From assembly GCA_012514125.1 (NCBI GenBank), contig JAAZAW010000314.1, positions 1 to 38,146 on the forward strand: a DNA stretch of 38,146 nt, written 5' to 3'. This DNA is from Phycisphaerae bacterium (lineage in GTDB: Bacteria; Planctomycetota; Phycisphaerae; JAAYCJ01). How positions within the stretch are numbered: position 1 is the stretch's first letter; each line of letters starts with the position of its first letter. A program made the translations under genes and the position numbers. The notes below the pieces were generated by a model, which saw nothing but the letters and a program-made list of their open reading frames with translations, was not told the origin of the DNA and did not search any database. Shown in pieces: positions 35,037-38,146 of the stretch.

Positions 35037-35060
35037 TTTACAATAGTATAGTATTGTTAA
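35037..35060. promoter_or_regulatory. 24-bp near-perfect palindrome upstream of the haem-biosynthesis gene pair
   Basis: TTTACAATAGTA|TAGTATTGTTAA, with 10/12 half-site matches. It lies about 95 nt upstream of the ATG at 35153. Confidence 0.35.
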
Positions 35061-35152
35061 TTCTGGTCTGATTAAGTCAGTCATGATTGACGAGTTTTCG
35101 TATCGGTGATGTGTTTGCTGATTGCAAGGCGAAGGGGGGTCATAGAAAGAGG

Positions 35153-35866
35153 ATGACCATGCAAGAAGGATATTACATTTTATTGGGCTTGAAGGATCGC
35201 CGCTGTGTGGTGATCGGCGGCGGATCGGTCGCTACCCGCAAGGTAGAGGCTCTGTGCCGATGCGAAGCGGAGGTTCACGTGATTGCCCCTCAGTTTTGCG
35301 ATATGCTCGCGAAACGCACCGATGTGACCCGCCATGAAATGAAGTATGACAAATCCGTTCTGGAAAAAACCGTGCTGGCGTTTGCGTGCACGGACGATAA
35401 CGAGCTTAATCATCAGATTGCCGTCGATTGCCGCGAGATGGGCGTGTTGTGTAATGTGGTGGACGATCCTGAATGGTGCGATTTTGTCGTTCCGGCGGTC
35501 TTGAAGCGCGGTCCGATCCAGATTGCCGTGGGAACCGCCGGTGCTTCTCCATACCTCGCGGGTCGGATTCGAGATTTAATCGGCAGCTGGCTCGATCGGG
35601 CGTATGAACCTTTTGCCCGAAAACTTGCGGCATTGAGGCCGTTGCTCATGCAGCGGATCTCCCAGAGCGATTCTCGAAAAACCATCTATCAGCAACTCGC
35701 CGGCAGGGAGAGTTTTGATCGCTTCAAGCGCGAAGGCACCGAGTCCTGGTGCAAGTGGATTGCTCAGAATACCCATAACGAAGTTAGCCCGGAAGAAATT
35801 ATCGCCCTGGCGACGCAATATGCTCATCGGCAGATGAATGAAGAGCGAAAAGAAATTGAGCGTTGA
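35153..35866 (+). CDS. Precorrin-2 dehydrogenase / sirohydrochlorin ferrochelatase (SirC / CysG N-terminal domain type)
   Basis: Rossmann CVVIGGGSVATRKVEAL, and VVDDPEWCDFVVPAV. ATG at 35153 after an AGAAAGAGG RBS. Confidence 0.8.
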   Translation: MTMQEGYYILLGLKDRRCVVIGGGSVATRKVEALCRCEAEVHVIAPQFCDMLAKRTDVTRHEMKYDKSVLEKTVLAFACTDDNELNHQIAVDCREMGVLCNVVDDPEWCDFVVPAVLKRGPIQIAVGTAGASPYLAGRIRDLIGSWLDRAYEPFARKLAALRPLLMQRISQSDSRKTIYQQLAGRESFDRFKREGTESWCKWIAQNTHNEVSPEEIIALATQYAHRQMNEERKEIER

Positions 35867-35926
35867 GCGAGAGTGGAAAAAAGTTGATGAAGGAAGGCGG
35901 GGGGCGTTTTTTGTGGAAATTAGATC

Positions 35927-37261
35927 GTGAGTATTGTGTTGCTCGGGACAAATTATCGCCAGGCCGACCTGGCGCTTCGGGAACGCCTTGCGGGGGACCC
36001 TGAGTGTGTCCGAAAGATTCTGTGCCGGCTCAAACAGACATTTACGACGAATTGCGAAGCCGTCGTTTTAAGTACGTGTAATCGATTTGAAATCTACCTC
36101 TGGCGAAGTTCACATCAGCGGCCCGATGTCGGCGATATATTGACCCTCGTTTGCGAATTGTCGGGCCTGCCGCGGGCGCTGGTTGAACAAATCTTTTATT
36201 GCCGTCGTCATGAGCAGGCGGTGGAACATCTGTTCAAAGTGGCCTGCGCGATGGATTCGATGCTTGTCGGCGAACCTCAAATCATGGGACAGGTTCGCCA
36301 GGCACTGGAACAGTCGCGAACTCTGGGAACCGCGGGAACCTACCTGATACGTTTATTTCAGGACAGTTTATCGCTCGCCCGGCGGGTTCGCCGTAAGGCC
36401 TGTATTGCCGAGGGGCATTTCAGTCTCGGCTCGGTGGCCGCCGAATTTGCCGATCAGATTTTCGGATCGCATCGAGACAAAACATTTCTGGTTCTCGGCG
36501 CGGGCAAGATGGGGGCCGGCGCGTTGCAGCGGCTGGTTGCCGACGGCGCCCGGGACGTTTTTATCGCCAACCGCGACCGGCTCAAAGCGAGACAGCTTTC
36601 CGCCTCGCTGCCTGTGGCCAGGGCGATTGGGTGGGAGCAGATCGATGAATATCTGGCCCGGGCCGACGTGGTGATCTGTTGTCTTGCTGTCGAAGAACCG
36701 ATTTTGACACTTGAACGGATCGAGAAAATCGCTCAGGCGCGTTCGGGCTGGCCGATGTTGATTATCGACCTTGGATTGCCCCGAAATGTCGATCCCCGCG
36801 TCGGACAGCTTTCGTGGGTTTACCTGTACGATCTTGACAGGCTTGGAAGTGTCCTGGAAAAAAATAACGAAGAACGTCGTGAAAAACTTAATGCCTGCCG
36901 GACGATGATCGACCAGGCGGTTATGAGCTATCAGAATTGGCAGCAGCAGCGAACCGTCATTCCCGTGATCGTCAGTTTACGGAAAAAGATTCATCAAATC
37001 GGGCGGGAGGAACTTGCGAGACTGGCGGCGCATGAAAACGAATTTACCCCGCAGCAATGGGCCTTGATGGAAAAGGCGGTCCACCGCGTGATTCACAAAG
37101 TTCTGCATGACCCGACCAGCGCCCTGAATCAGGCGGCGAAGGAATCCCGTAGCGCCGTCTATGCGGGTATCTTACAGAAATTGTTCGATCTGCCCTCCGA
37201 TTCGACACCGGAGGTAACCCCTTCCGAATCCCTTCAATCCGATTTCAGCGAACACGATTAA
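35927..37261 (+). CDS. hemA: Glutamyl-tRNA reductase
   Basis: LLGTNYRQADLALRERLA, VVLSTCNRFEIY, GEPQIMGQV, and the NADPH motif VLGAGKMG. The GTG start is uncertain by about 12 nt. Confidence 0.9.
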   Translation: MSIVLLGTNYRQADLALRERLAGDPECVRKILCRLKQTFTTNCEAVVLSTCNRFEIYLWRSSHQRPDVGDILTLVCELSGLPRALVEQIFYCRRHEQAVEHLFKVACAMDSMLVGEPQIMGQVRQALEQSRTLGTAGTYLIRLFQDSLSLARRVRRKACIAEGHFSLGSVAAEFADQIFGSHRDKTFLVLGAGKMGAGALQRLVADGARDVFIANRDRLKARQLSASLPVARAIGWEQIDEYLARADVVICCLAVEEPILTLERIEKIAQARSGWPMLIIDLGLPRNVDPRVGQLSWVYLYDLDRLGSVLEKNNEERREKLNACRTMIDQAVMSYQNWQQQRTVIPVIVSLRKKIHQIGREELARLAAHENEFTPQQWALMEKAVHRVIHKVLHDPTSALNQAAKESRSAVYAGILQKLFDLPSDSTPEVTPSESLQSDFSEHD

Positions 37262-37296
37262 AAAAAACGCCCATCGATTTTTCGATGGGCGGTTTA
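37261..37296. terminator. Bidirectional Rho-independent terminator between convergent hemA and the phosphohexomutase gene
   Basis: CGCCCATCGA 37268-37277 pairs with TCGATGGGCG 37282-37291, loop TTTT. An A7 run precedes the stem and GTTT follows it. Confidence 0.8.
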
Positions 37297-37357
37297 AAGA
37301 TATCTTGCCGTCGGCAAAGGATCGTATTGATCGGATGCCGATTTTTTTATTTTTATT

Positions 37358-38146
37358 TTAATGTTTCGCCGGCTCACCGAGCAGCGGGGCGATTTCCCTG
37401 ACTTTTTCTTCCAGCAGCGTCTTGCTCCTGGCTTCGAGGTTCAATCGCAGCAGGGGTTCGGTATTACTCTTGCGAACGTTGCACCACCAATCGTTGTATT
37501 GGATTGTGATACCGTCGAGATAATCGATCTGGCCGTCTTTGTATTTTTCCGCCAGACTCTGAATTCGGGCATCTTTGTCTTCGGCGATAAAGTTGCATTC
37601 GCCGGAGGCAAAATAACGTCTCAGCGGGGCGATGAGCCTGCTGACTGATTTGCCGGTCTCCGTCAAAATATTCAGGACGTTCGCCACCGCGATAAACCCC
37701 GAATCGCAATACCAGTTATCGCGGAAATAAAAGTGTCCGGAAAGCTCACCGCCGAACGCCGCCTTCGAATCCGCCATGGCCTTCTTCATGAACGAGTGCC
37801 CCACACGCTCCCGCTTGGCCACACCGCCGGCCTTTTCGATTTCTTCCTTGAGCACCCAACTGCTCCGCAGGTCGTACACAATCGCCGTTCCCGGATTCTT
37901 CTGGATGAAATAACCAGCCAGAAGGGCGGTCAGGAGGTCCGAAGGCACCGGCTGACCCGTCTCATCCACCAGCACCGCGCGGTCCGCATCGCCATCCAGG
38001 CAGATGCCCAGATCGGCATGCGTCCGCCGAACCGCGTCCCGCAGCATTTTGAGGTTCGATTCCACCAGCGGATTCGGATCGTGAACAAAATCGCCGTTGT
38101 GTTCGAAGTTCAAACTCGTCAATTGAATTTCGGCGATATCGCTGAA
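37358..38146 (-). CDS. Phosphomannomutase/phosphoglucomutase (alpha-D-phosphohexomutase), N-terminal part beyond the right edge
   Basis: Mg-loop GICLDGDADRAVLVD, GGELSGHFYF, and the C-terminal RKSNTEPLLRLNLEA. The frame stays open upstream of the track's TTG at 38122, out to the window edge. Confidence 0.85.
   Translation of the reverse strand, partial: FSDIAEIQLTSLNFEHNGDFVHDPNPLVESNLKMLRDAVRRTHADLGICLDGDADRAVLVDETGQPVPSDLLTALLAGYFIQKNPGTAIVYDLRSSWVLKEEIEKAGGVAKRERVGHSFMKKAMADSKAAFGGELSGHFYFRDNWYCDSGFIAVANVLNILTETGKSVSRLIAPLRRYFASGECNFIAEDKDARIQSLAEKYKDGQIDYLDGITIQYNDWWCNVRKSNTEPLLRLNLEARSKTLLEEKVREIAPLLGEPAKH

Overview
This is a contiguous chromosomal segment with about 31 protein-coding genes and roughly 90% coding density. 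I recognised no rRNA, tRNA, CRISPR array, transposase or integrase.

Gene order, left to right:
- recQ (partial, runs off the left edge)
- a secreted protein with two LTxxQ modules and Cys/Met motifs
- a fused transketolase, divergent from a split transketolase pair
- a SAM methyltransferase followed by an HtpX-type protease
- a FlgI-like lipoprotein with a HEAT-like insertion
- smc
- two lipoproteins, one with an FGE/SUMF1 domain
- an ~8 kb co-directional O2/ROS/metal detoxification island: Fur/PerR-like regulator, DUF2400-like protein, permease-HMA fusion, Tpx, rubrerythrin, Prx, desulfoferrodoxin, ferritin, ferritin-like diiron protein, flavodiiron protein, rubredoxin
- hisF
- a pilT / degenerate GspE-like / CvpA-like trio
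- coaD, an M50 protease, an orphan DNA methyltransferase, the sirC-like and hemA pair, and a partial phosphohexomutase

The gene content points to an anaerobe or microaerotolerant organism. A PVC/Planctomycetota-like origin is possible but is inference only.

Most notable observations:
1. An intact PilT sits next to a membrane-anchored GspE/PilB-like protein that has lost the Walker A lysine and the Walker B glutamate. A CvpA-like membrane protein with a large C-terminal domain follows. No pilin, platform or secretin genes are in the window.
2. A ~60-nt intergenic repeat family with a heptamer tail punctuates the ROS island.
3. A secreted protein carries two LTxxQ modules, each ending in a C-x16-CDMxCPxCP motif.
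4. A FlgI homologue stands alone and is interrupted by HEAT-like repeats.

Notes on the ORF track. It translates alternative start codons as M, omits ORFs that run off the window edge (recQ, and the true 5' end of the phosphohexomutase), and omits ORFs under 60 aa (rubredoxin). I revised several starts from RBS position and family-typical N-termini. All family assignments come from motif recognition by eye; no searches were run.
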